Shown: positions 10,645 to 19,198 of the stretch, piece by piece
How the letters are laid out: each line of letters opens with the position of its first letter
Position numbering within the stretch: position 1 is the first letter of the stretch
From: Promethearchaeia archaeon
Lineage (GTDB): Archaea > Asgardarchaeota > Lokiarchaeia > Sigyniarchaeales > SOKP01
Length of the DNA: 64,000 bases
Assembly: GCA_029856145.1 (NCBI GenBank)
Contig: JAHQWK010000016.1
Span: 64,001-128,000, forward strand
Direction: 5' to 3'
Made by a program: the position numbers and the translations under genes
Notes under the pieces: generated by a model
Database searches by the model: none
The model's input: the letters and a program-made list of their open reading frames with translations, nothing else
What the model was told of the DNA's origin: nothing

Positions 10645-11544
10645 TTAATGTAGATTAACGTTAAAATTAAATGTTATATTTTGTAAAAACTCCTTATACC
10701 GAGAACGAAGCGTCACTTCAGTGACTCCAATGACTTTTGAAATGTCTTTTTGGCTTACTTTATGATTCTTCAGCTTCGATACTAAATATATCGCTCCTGC
10801 ACATAACCCTTTTGGATCCTTACCGCAAATCGATGTTTTCTCAATGAAATTCTTTAATACTTTTATCGCCTCTTTCTCCACATTAATATCTAAACTTAAG
10901 TCAGCACAATAGCGTGGTATAAGGGATACAGGATCAATATGGGGTGATTTTAAATTCAATTCTCTTACTAAGATCTTATAGCATTTTTTTACAATATTAT
11001 CATTTATTGACGCTTCATCTAAGATTTCTTGAAGAGTAATAGGAACTCTCTCCTGCTTACATACATAATACGCACAAGCAGCAATCATACCATTTATAGA
11101 TCTGCCCCTTAAGAGATTTCTTTTAAAGACTTCTTTATAAAGCCGAACAGCTGATTTCTTTACTCTCTCTGGAAAATTTAAATTACCACCGATCCTCTTT
11201 AATTCCGTAATGGCAATTAACATATTTCTCTTTTCCCAGGATAAATGAGTATTCCATTTTGCTGCCCTCCTTAAATCGGGATTTTTAATTTTCGTCCTAT
11301 CAATAATAGTACTCAAACCTATATCAGGCATCAAAATTGAAATTGGACATCCGGTTTGTTCTTTTTTATCCTTCTCTTGCTTCGAATAAGCCCTTATACC
11401 ACTGTGAGTGATATCAACTGCCTTTTCAGATACAACTAAACCACAATGCTGACAAACAATCTCCCCTCTTTGATGGATATCGATAGTGGTTCCCCCACAT
11501 TCAGGACAGAAACCACCAGTTTGAAGTGTTATTTCAACAACCAT
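10645..11544 (-). CDS. tfb: Transcription initiation factor TFB (divergent paralog)
   Basis: Zn ribbon CPECG..CQHCG, cyclin repeats LLRGRS and GKDPKG, C-terminal VTEVTLRSRYKE. Confidence 0.93.
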   Translation of the reverse strand: MVVEITLQTGGFCPECGGTTIDIHQRGEIVCQHCGLVVSEKAVDITHSGIRAYSKQEKDKKEQTGCPISILMPDIGLSTIIDRTKIKNPDLRRAAKWNTHLSWEKRNMLIAITELKRIGGNLNFPERVKKSAVRLYKEVFKRNLLRGRSINGMIAACAYYVCKQERVPITLQEILDEASINDNIVKKCYKILVRELNLKSPHIDPVSLIPRYCADLSLDINVEKEAIKVLKNFIEKTSICGKDPKGLCAGAIYLVSKLKNHKVSQKDISKVIGVTEVTLRSRYKEFLQNITFNFNVNLH

Positions 11545-12232
11545 AAGTTTTAACCCTAATTATTAGTTTTTTTATCGATTTTTATGATAATTAGTATTTT
11601 TGAACACACAATAAATACAAAAAAACCTCTTTTTTACAACAAACCCTTTTTTTGTATATAATAACAGATCACTTTCAAGTATTTAAATGTTTTCGTTATA
11701 ACAAATCCTTTATATATGCATTGCTTATTTATACACAAAAAAATTTGTTAGTAAAAACTATTAATATGATATTATAAAATATGTATAATATCCACAATAT
11801 ACCTTTTTTGTTATAAAATCTATTAATGATTTCTATGGAATTACTAAATTTGTCGGAAAAATTGGTTATAATAAGTATAAATCAATTTCTTTTAGCATAA
11901 AAAAGGATTGAAATTAATTATAACTAATTGCATTTTTCATTAAACTATATCATTACTTATGTTTTCACATTATTCATAATTATCAATGCATAGGGTATTA
12001 TAAAATTCAATTTATCGTTTTGTACACACAAAATTCCGTTTTCATACAAGTAAAAAAAATAAAAAAAAAGTTAAATAATAGTTCTTTTATTATGTTTTCA
12101 AGCCAAAATTAGTTTGGAATTAGTGGTAAAAAAATAAGTAATCCTAATAAAACTGAGGAAAAACAGGATAAAAAAGATTCAGAGGAATCTTCTATAATCA
12201 ATAATGGTAATTCTATTAAAAAAACAGATGAA

Positions 12233-13066
12233 ATGAAGAAATACGAGGAAATCACCGGTAGATATGCAATTTGGCGGGGAGTCATAACCGAGGGTTTTAG
12301 AAAGTGGCAAAGAGGGGAGAAAGTCTATCACAGAGAAAAAGAACGAATTTCTTTGTATGTATCTGATGACACTAAATCAAAGTGGTTAAAATATACAAAG
12401 AATAATGGAGATCTTACCATCTCAAAGCTTATTCGAGAGGCAGTCTCATATTTTATAGAAAGTAAATCAATAGAAACTGGGTATAGCTTATCAAAATTAA
12501 ATCCTCAAACAATTTCAAATATCTCTCATACATTAAAGGAGCCTTTAACTTCAATAAAGGGTTATTCACAGCTACTTCTTGAGAACTATAGAGAAAAATT
12601 GAATGATCAGGTTTTAGAGACAGTCAAAAATATTTTTGAACAGTCTATCCTACTTGAGAAGAAAATAATTAATATTTTAGATAACATAAAAGTAGAATCA
12701 GACTACGATGTGTTATTAATTGAGGATGATCTTGCAACCATTCGATTGATAACAAGTTATTTCGACAGTAAGGGATATGAATGTAAAGGTGTTGTAAGTG
12801 GTTCAAAAGGCTTGGAAGAATTAGGGAATACAATTCCAAAACTGATCTTGTTAGATATTATTTTGCCGGACCTAAGTGGATATGACATCTGTAAAACAAT
12901 TAAGTCAGATAAAGAATGGTCACATATTCCTTTATTTTTCTTAACCGCCATAGCTGGGAGCGAGGTCGAAAAAAACTTACCAGATACGAAAGCAGATGGG
13001 TATATATTAAAACCGTTTAATTTTTCTGACTTTGAAGTAATTTTTGATATTTTAAAGAAAAGCTAA
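12233..13066 (+). CDS. RHH-HisKA-receiver fusion regulator (paralog 1); frame open back to 12113
   Basis: RISLYVSDDTKSKW..TISKLIREAV (RHH); ISHTLKEPLTSIKG (H-box); IEDD/LLDIILPD/LTA/KPF (REC). Confidence 0.85.
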   Translation: MKKYEEITGRYAIWRGVITEGFRKWQRGEKVYHREKERISLYVSDDTKSKWLKYTKNNGDLTISKLIREAVSYFIESKSIETGYSLSKLNPQTISNISHTLKEPLTSIKGYSQLLLENYREKLNDQVLETVKNIFEQSILLEKKIINILDNIKVESDYDVLLIEDDLATIRLITSYFDSKGYECKGVVSGSKGLEELGNTIPKLILLDIILPDLSGYDICKTIKSDKEWSHIPLFFLTAIAGSEVEKNLPDTKADGYILKPFNFSDFEVIFDILKKS

Positions 13067-13348
13067 GAGCACAATTTTATACTTTAACTATTTCTTAAAA
13101 ATTTGGACATAATCACAATAACACATTAGCTTTATAATAAAAAAGATTTATAAACGGATAAAAAATTACACAATATTGTATACTATCATTATTTGAAATC
13201 ATTATTGAAGATAAATTTTGTATAATTGGAGATCAATGTTTACAAAATATTAGATATCTGATAAAAAAAAAAGAGGGATCAAAAAATTTCAAATAAAAAC
13301 AATACAGCTAAAAAAAATAAGAAAGAAAAAGGAATTGAGAAGAGGAGC

Positions 13349-14239
13349 ATGACAGATGAGGAGATCGCTAACCTCGATCTGAACAGTAAAGAATTTAAGG
13401 AATTAACGAAAAAATATGAAGAGGGAACTGATAAATATGCAATTTGGCGTGGATCTATTACAGAAGGATTTAAAAAGTGGTTAAAAGGGGAAAAAATATA
13501 TGACAGAGATAAAGAAAGAATCTCATTATATGTTTCCGAAGAGACAAAACAGCAATGGCAAGATTTTAAAGAAAGAAAGGAATATTCGACTATCTCAGCT
13601 TTGATTCGAGAGAGTGTTGATTTTTATATTGAGCAAAAATCTGATCTACTTAGCGATAGATTACAAAGAATGGATGAAAAGACAATTTCTAATATTTCTC
13701 ATGCTTTAAAGGAACCACTCACCACAATAAAGGGATTTAGTCAACTCCTTCTGGAAAATTACGCAGATGAGTTGAATGAAGATGTATTGGTTACAATTAA
13801 AAATATCTTTGATCAAAGTTTACTTCTTGAAAATAAAATCATTAACATTTTAGATAATATCGCTACTGAAGAACCTCATCCTCAGTATGATATACTTCTG
13901 ATTGAAGACGATTTAGCAACTATACGTTTGCTTACGAGTTATTTCGAAAGTAAAGGCTATAAATGTAAGGGCGTCGTAAGTGGAACAAAAGGTATAGAAG
14001 AAATTAGGGGCGGGCTCCCTAAACTTATCCTATTAGATATCATCTTACCAGACATATCTGGCTATGAAATATGTAAAATGATTAAGGAGCATGAAAAATA
14101 TCAGGAAATTCCTGTCTACTTATTAACTGCAATACCTGGGAGTGAGGTGGAAAAAAAAATGGTTGATATTAAAGCCGATGGATATATCTTGAAACCTTTC
14201 GATTTTTCAGATTTTGAAGTAGTCTTCCGATATTTATAA
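13349..14239 (+). CDS. RHH-HisKA-receiver fusion regulator (paralog 2)
   Basis: RISLYVSEETKQQW..TISALIRESV; ISHALKEPLTTIKG; IEDD/LLDIILPD/LTA/KPF; GAGGAG SD directly upstream. Confidence 0.85.
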   Translation: MTDEEIANLDLNSKEFKELTKKYEEGTDKYAIWRGSITEGFKKWLKGEKIYDRDKERISLYVSEETKQQWQDFKERKEYSTISALIRESVDFYIEQKSDLLSDRLQRMDEKTISNISHALKEPLTTIKGFSQLLLENYADELNEDVLVTIKNIFDQSLLLENKIINILDNIATEEPHPQYDILLIEDDLATIRLLTSYFESKGYKCKGVVSGTKGIEEIRGGLPKLILLDIILPDISGYEICKMIKEHEKYQEIPVYLLTAIPGSEVEKKMVDIKADGYILKPFDFSDFEVVFRYL

Positions 14240-14292
14240 TTTATTTTAAGACAAATGTGGGATTGTCCCTAATTAATTTTTTTTAAAAATAG

Positions 14293-14396
14293 CGGGCTAT
14301 GAGGGAATCCCGTCAGCTGGGGTGTCTCCAGCTCATTTCGAACCCCCGACCCACCGGTTAAGAGCCGGTTGCGCTACCTGCCTGCGCCAATAGCCC
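14293..14396 (-). tRNA. tRNA-Lys(CUU) with 30-nt T-loop (59/60) intron at 14307-14336
   Basis: Acceptor GGGCTAT/ATAGCCC, anticodon arm ACCGG-CTCTTAA-CCGGT; removing the intron restores GGGGG-TTCGAAT-CCCTC and gives a 74-nt mature tRNA. Confidence 0.93.
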
Positions 14397-14430
14397 CTAA
14401 TTTAGTATTTTATATAATGTTTCTAAAAAG

Positions 14431-14565
14431 CGCAGACGGAGGGAATCCCGTCAGTTGAAGCATTTCCAACTGATCTCGAACCCCCGAGCGCTCGCGCGCA
14501 CCGGCTAACTTGTTTAAATATTAAAAATCTCAAGGCCGGCGTCTTACCAGCTAGGCTACGTCTGC
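14431..14565 (-). tRNA. tRNA-Ser(UGA) with two introns: 22 nt at 37/38 (14507-14528) and 30 nt at 59/60 (14445-14474)
   Basis: Acceptor GCAGACG/CGTCTGC, G73, variable arm GCGC-GCGA-GCGC, anticodon loop CTTGAGA after splicing; both introns form BHB motifs. Confidence 0.92.
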
Positions 14566-14711
14566 GTAATTAAAAATTTTATATTTTAATACTTATTTTA
14601 CTTTGATGCTATAAATAGTTTATAATAAAGAAAATAAATTTTTTATTATTTTACATTTGTCCTTCTTAAGCTCTACCTCAACAATAAGTAAAATATAAAT
14701 TTCATGCTACA

Positions 14712-15227
14712 TTGACCATTAAAAGAGATGGTGAAGATATGAGTGGGGCAAAGGATTTTCGTTATTTAATACCAGAAAGTTTATTTAAAGAGATTACTCA
14801 AAAGGCGTCAGAAGAATATCCAAACATCATTCATGGGTGGCTCTTTGCCGAGAGAAAAGAGAATTTCGGAATCTGTACTAAATTCATAAAGAATCCCGAT
14901 TTACGGAAAAATAAAGTTCATGTTAAACCACGAAGTTGGATGCGCTATAAAAAATCTAAAATCTATAATATGCGTAAATTCAAAGCTGAACTGGGGGTTG
15001 ATATTGTCTATATGTGGCACTCTCATCCGTCGGGGAACGAGAAGCTTCACGCTATTGACAAGAGAATCTTGAAGTATTTATCAAATGGAGTTATGATAAT
15101 CGTTATCCCTTCAGTTCCCAATAAAACACCAGAACAAAAAGCTCATCTAGTAGGCTGGTATTACGATAAAAGGTATACAAAGAAGCCAATCATCGAAAAA
15201 ATGGTTTTTGAGATAATCTCGGAATAA
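14712..15227 (+). CDS. JAB/MPN (Mov34)-domain protein, divergent
   Basis: WHSHPSG.....D motif, N-terminal YP....G and downstream IMIIV; alternative ATG at 14739. Confidence 0.7.
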   Translation: MTIKRDGEDMSGAKDFRYLIPESLFKEITQKASEEYPNIIHGWLFAERKENFGICTKFIKNPDLRKNKVHVKPRSWMRYKKSKIYNMRKFKAELGVDIVYMWHSHPSGNEKLHAIDKRILKYLSNGVMIIVIPSVPNKTPEQKAHLVGWYYDKRYTKKPIIEKMVFEIISE

Positions 15228-15351
15228 TTTATAATTATTTTCCTTTTTCTTCTTTTTTTTGAATTCTTTGAATTATACAATTAGTTCAAGTAAAATTTAT
15301 AACCATCCTTAGAATTTTTAAGATATCGTTTTATTTACTAAAAAGAATTTT

Positions 15352-16560
15352 ATGGAATTTAGGGACAAAAATATGAAAAAAGATGATTTTTCAACTCAAG
15401 AATTAGATAACCTGGAAAAAAGCAATCACCGTTATTTTCAAGTGGATCTTTTGAAAGCTGTGATGATTTTTTTGGTTATCTTTGATCATACTGTACCATG
15501 GGCTCTAAAAGATTACATGGGTGTTGCTTTATGGGAGAGAATCTCAATTCCCGTGTTTCTAGTAATTATGGGTTTTAATATGGGGCTTTCCTTTAAACAA
15601 ACTGGTGAAACATCATTAAAAAAACTGTATTCATGGAACTATTTTAAAAAGAAGTTTTGGCGTTATATCTTTCCTTTTTTTGTATTATATCTTTTGTCTA
15701 CGTTCATAGGATTAGCCATCAATGGTTTCGATCTTGATGCTCTTAATCAATACCAATACAGATTTGATTTTGCGCATCTCTTTATCGGCATATTACCATT
15801 CTACGGTCCAGGAAATTGGTTTTTGCCCGTTGTTTTCTGGTCGATTTTAATCGTGCCTTTATTATACAAAGGATTTTCTGGAAAACTAAAATGGAGAATT
15901 ATTACTTTAACCCTATGCTACATTGTAGAATTATCAGTTCATCTAGCCATCTTATTTATTCTTATTCCTAATGTTGCATCCTATCCTGAGTTTATGTTTT
16001 ATTTCCGATTTACCTATACTACACCCCTCTTCTTGTTATCTGCTATTGGATTAGGATTGTGGTTTTCAAAGAATCATAATATCTTCGCTAAAAAAAATAT
16101 ATTTATATGGATTCTCTTTCCTTTAAGCTTAGTATATCTCATCGCATTTCAGTTCTTTGATTTCTTTTTTGGCTTTGAGTTCGGGGATTACCATTTACTT
16201 GTTTTTCCCTATTCTGCGTTCTTAGTTTTAATCGCACTAAAATTAATTCCAAAAAAAGTCAATAATAATAATTTATTCATTAAGGGAATTAGAATAATTA
16301 GTAAATCGACATATCATATCCTATTGACACAGATATTATATTTCGCAATTGCGATAAGTATATGGGGGGATCATTATGGTGCAAGTATTTTTGGAATTGA
16401 TATTGGGTACGATCCACTTGTGGTTTTTCTTTATCTCTTAATAAATTGGGTGATATGCATTCCAATTGGCGCTATATGGTGGTACGGAGAAACTAGGGTG
16501 CGAGAATATCGACGCTTAAGGAAAATCTTAAAATCAAATAATAAAAAAAAAAGAATTTGA
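15352..16560 (+). CDS. Acyltransferase-3 (OafA-like) membrane O-acyltransferase
   Basis: DLLKAVMIFLVIFDH, IPVFLVIMGF, WFL, STYHILLTQ; about 10 hydrophobic segments. Confidence 0.85.
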   Translation: MEFRDKNMKKDDFSTQELDNLEKSNHRYFQVDLLKAVMIFLVIFDHTVPWALKDYMGVALWERISIPVFLVIMGFNMGLSFKQTGETSLKKLYSWNYFKKKFWRYIFPFFVLYLLSTFIGLAINGFDLDALNQYQYRFDFAHLFIGILPFYGPGNWFLPVVFWSILIVPLLYKGFSGKLKWRIITLTLCYIVELSVHLAILFILIPNVASYPEFMFYFRFTYTTPLFLLSAIGLGLWFSKNHNIFAKKNIFIWILFPLSLVYLIAFQFFDFFFGFEFGDYHLLVFPYSAFLVLIALKLIPKKVNNNNLFIKGIRIISKSTYHILLTQILYFAIAISIWGDHYGASIFGIDIGYDPLVVFLYLLINWVICIPIGAIWWYGETRVREYRRLRKILKSNNKKKRI

Positions 16561-16681
16561 AAATTTATAACCAAATTATTTTTCTATTTTTGCTTTCTAA
16601 TTTAAAAGCCTAGATTTTATAATAAAATATTAAAATTTTGAATTGTTATATTGAAATTGTATCATATCAAATCAAAGTTAA

Positions 16682-16764
16682 GCAATCGTTGCATAGCCTG
16701 GTAATGCGCCGGTCTGCTAAACCGGTGTCCAACGGACTCGTGGGTTCGAATCCCACCGATTGCG
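16682..16764 (+). tRNA. tRNA-Ser(GCU)
   Basis: GCAATCG/CGATTGC acceptor, CCGGT-CTGCTAA-ACCGG, variable arm GTCC-AAC-GGAC, GTGGG-TTCGAAT-CCCAC. Confidence 0.96.
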
Positions 16765-16773
16765 CTTAGTTTT

Positions 16774-16850
16774 GGGCCAGTGGTCTAGACTGGTATGACG
16801 TCTCGCTTACACCGAGAAAATCGGGAGTTCAAGTCTCTCCTGGCCCACCA
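16774..16850 (+). tRNA. tRNA-Val(UAC), CCA encoded
   Basis: GGGCCAG/CTGGCCC acceptor, TCTCG-CTTACAC-CGAGA, GGGAG-TTCAAGT-CTCTC, ACCA end. Confidence 0.96.
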
Positions 16851-16851
16851 T

Positions 16852-17646
16852 TTATTTTTTCTGAATAAACAATTTTTTTATTTTATCGGGTCTTACAGCG
16901 CTTAATTTGCAATTTCTAAGCTCATTACCAATATGAGCAATGATTCCAGGGGCATTAGATCCCTCTTTTAATAAAATAAGATTTTCTAAAAAACCAAATC
17001 TTTTTACCGTAATAATATCTCGAAAATGACCTTTCTTAGTAATTATTTTCTTAAATTGACCTTTAGTTTCTCCACTTAAAAATACTCCTTCGAGATTTTC
17101 TTTTAAGACTTTCATATAGAAATCTAAAGTTTTTGGTGCTAACTCTCCTAATAATTTATTGTTAACGGAATCTACTTCAGTGATTTTAACATATACTGGA
17201 AAATGATCAATAAAATCATAAGCTTCAACAATTTCTTTTAAAGATCTCTCATTTCCCTTACATAATTGCTCTCTTAATGTGTGTAAGTTTACAAGAACAT
17301 CTACACGTGGATTTAAAATCGCACAATCTACAAACAGACCGAATCCAACTTTCCCTACATCTACAAGGTTACCCCTGTGTACCTTCCCAACGGTTATATC
17401 TTTAAAATCTTGAATACTTCCAATCTCTTTTTTTAAAATGTTAAGTATGAATTGTTCTTCTGACCCACTTATAGTAATCTCAAATCTGTTATCAAATTTC
17501 CTTAGCTTTTTTATCTGGATAGAAGTATCAGTAAATCCTTTAACACGCTCCTTTAAATATTTAAGATATCTAAGGTAAATATCTTCTTTCTTTCCTCGAT
17601 CTGAAACATTATAGATTTTATCAAATAAAACTAAATTTTGTACCAT
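16852..17646 (-). CDS. DUF2110-like conserved archaeal protein (OB/S1-like region)
   Basis: GKVGFGLFVD, L...YDFIDHFPV, GHFRDII.VKRFGFLE, APGII recalled as DUF2110 pattern. Confidence 0.7.
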   Translation of the reverse strand: MVQNLVLFDKIYNVSDRGKKEDIYLRYLKYLKERVKGFTDTSIQIKKLRKFDNRFEITISGSEEQFILNILKKEIGSIQDFKDITVGKVHRGNLVDVGKVGFGLFVDCAILNPRVDVLVNLHTLREQLCKGNERSLKEIVEAYDFIDHFPVYVKITEVDSVNNKLLGELAPKTLDFYMKVLKENLEGVFLSGETKGQFKKIITKKGHFRDIITVKRFGFLENLILLKEGSNAPGIIAHIGNELRNCKLSAVRPDKIKKLFIQKK

Positions 17647-17824
17647 GAAATAAAACTCAAGTGCTATTATCGATAAGCTATTAAATATTTTAATCTCTTT
17701 AATGTAAAATACTTTCCTTAAATTTTGAAATGTAGAAACGATCCATCTAAAAAGATTTAAATTCTAAAATTTTTATCTTTCTCTCAATAAAATTAAAACA
17801 GATTTATGCGAAAGATGGAGAATT

Positions 17825-18196
17825 ATGGAAGAACAAAGATTTAATGATTTAGTTGAGGCACTAAATGAGTATGAAGGAGTGGAGGAAGTTTTTCTACTAA
17901 ATAATGAAGGAGATATCGTTTTTAAATCGGGGGATTTTCCTTTATCAAATGAAGAGGCTAAGGCAATACTAAATGCTTGGAAAACAAAAGAACCTGCTCT
18001 CACATATCAAAATTATCGATTTGCAATTTTAAAGAATGATGAAATACAATTGGCTGCTAAAAATATTGGCGCTGGGAAAGGTAATTTCATTGGATCGATC
18101 ACAAAAGAAGGAGATTACCTTGTTGCTCGTACTAGAGATGAGGGTATGATATTGTTAGAATGGTCTATTTTTATAAATAAAGTAGCATGGTCATAA
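17825..18196 (+). CDS. Profilin-like protein (Asgard type)
   Basis: 123 aa; helix, then VFLLNNEGDIVFKS, then LTYQNYRFAILKND..LAAKN..GKG, resembling Loki profilins. Confidence 0.65.
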   Translation: MEEQRFNDLVEALNEYEGVEEVFLLNNEGDIVFKSGDFPLSNEEAKAILNAWKTKEPALTYQNYRFAILKNDEIQLAAKNIGAGKGNFIGSITKEGDYLVARTRDEGMILLEWSIFINKVAWS

Positions 18197-18376
18197 AAAA
18201 CCATACCACAAAAAATATTCATATTAACCTTCTCTATTCTCTTTTTAACATTCTTTTTTTAAAATATTTAAAAAAAATATTTATTATAGTATTTATTACT
18301 ACTTTTTAACTATAGAAAAAAAAAATAAAAAATAATATAGATAGATAAATATTAAAAACTTTTAAGGTGAATCTAA

Positions 18377-19096
18377 ATGTTCCAGCAAGCAGGAAGAGGC
18401 TATGATATGGCAATAACCCAATTTTCACCCGAAGGTCGGCTTTTTCAAGTTGAATATGCTATTGAAGCCGTCCGAAGGGGTACCACGGCGATTGTATGTA
18501 GAAATAAAACTTCCGTGGTATTTGCTGTTGAAAAGAAAAGTACTGAACTTCAAGAGCAAACTAAGGGTTCAGAAAAAATATTTAAGATTGATGACCATAT
18601 AGGAGTGGCCATTGCGGGACTTACTGCGGATGCAAGAGTGCTTATTGACCGAGCTCGTGTTCAAGCTCAGGTTAATTTATTAAATTATGATGAAAGGATT
18701 TCTGTAAAAGATAGCACTTTAAATGTATGTGAATATAAACAAGTATTTACCCAAAACGCAGGAGTACGTCCCTTTGGTGTTTCATTTCTAATTGCTGGGA
18801 TTGATTCTAATAATCAACCTTCCTTATATTTAACAGACCCAAGTGGAGCAATGTGGGGTTATAAAGCTTTTGCTATTGGCTCTGGAGCCGCGGAAGCAAG
18901 AGTTTACCTTGAAGAACATTATAAAGAGGATATGAGTGATGAGGATTTAAAATTATTGCCTATAAAAGCATTGAAAGAATTGATGGGTGATAATTTAAAC
19001 AAAAATACTTATGATGTAGCTTATATATTAAAGGAAGATAAAAACTTTAAGCTACTAAGTTTGGAAGAAAAGGAAGAGTTATTAAATAAAATATAG
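18377..19096 (+). CDS. psmA: Proteasome subunit alpha
   Basis: YDMAITQFSPEGRLFQVEYAIEAV, GLTADAR, RPFGVS, TDPSG. Confidence 0.98.
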   Translation: MFQQAGRGYDMAITQFSPEGRLFQVEYAIEAVRRGTTAIVCRNKTSVVFAVEKKSTELQEQTKGSEKIFKIDDHIGVAIAGLTADARVLIDRARVQAQVNLLNYDERISVKDSTLNVCEYKQVFTQNAGVRPFGVSFLIAGIDSNNQPSLYLTDPSGAMWGYKAFAIGSGAAEARVYLEEHYKEDMSDEDLKLLPIKALKELMGDNLNKNTYDVAYILKEDKNFKLLSLEEKEELLNKI

Positions 19097-19198
19097 TCAA
19101 GGATACGCCCCTTTATATTTATCTCTTAACAGAAAGACAGAATATAGTAATATGAACAAATTGAGATTATTCAATCAGTTAAATTGTGAAACTGTAAC

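Noticed and set aside
12233-14396. Possible island integrated at the tRNA-Lys 3' end
   Set aside because: No integrase, no duplicated tRNA 3' fragment and no obvious compositional shift
14431-14565. tRNA with long variable arm and TGA considered as tRNA-Sec or a suppressor
   Set aside because: Anticodon UGA reads UCA (Ser); Sec needs a UCA anticodon and a longer acceptor stem
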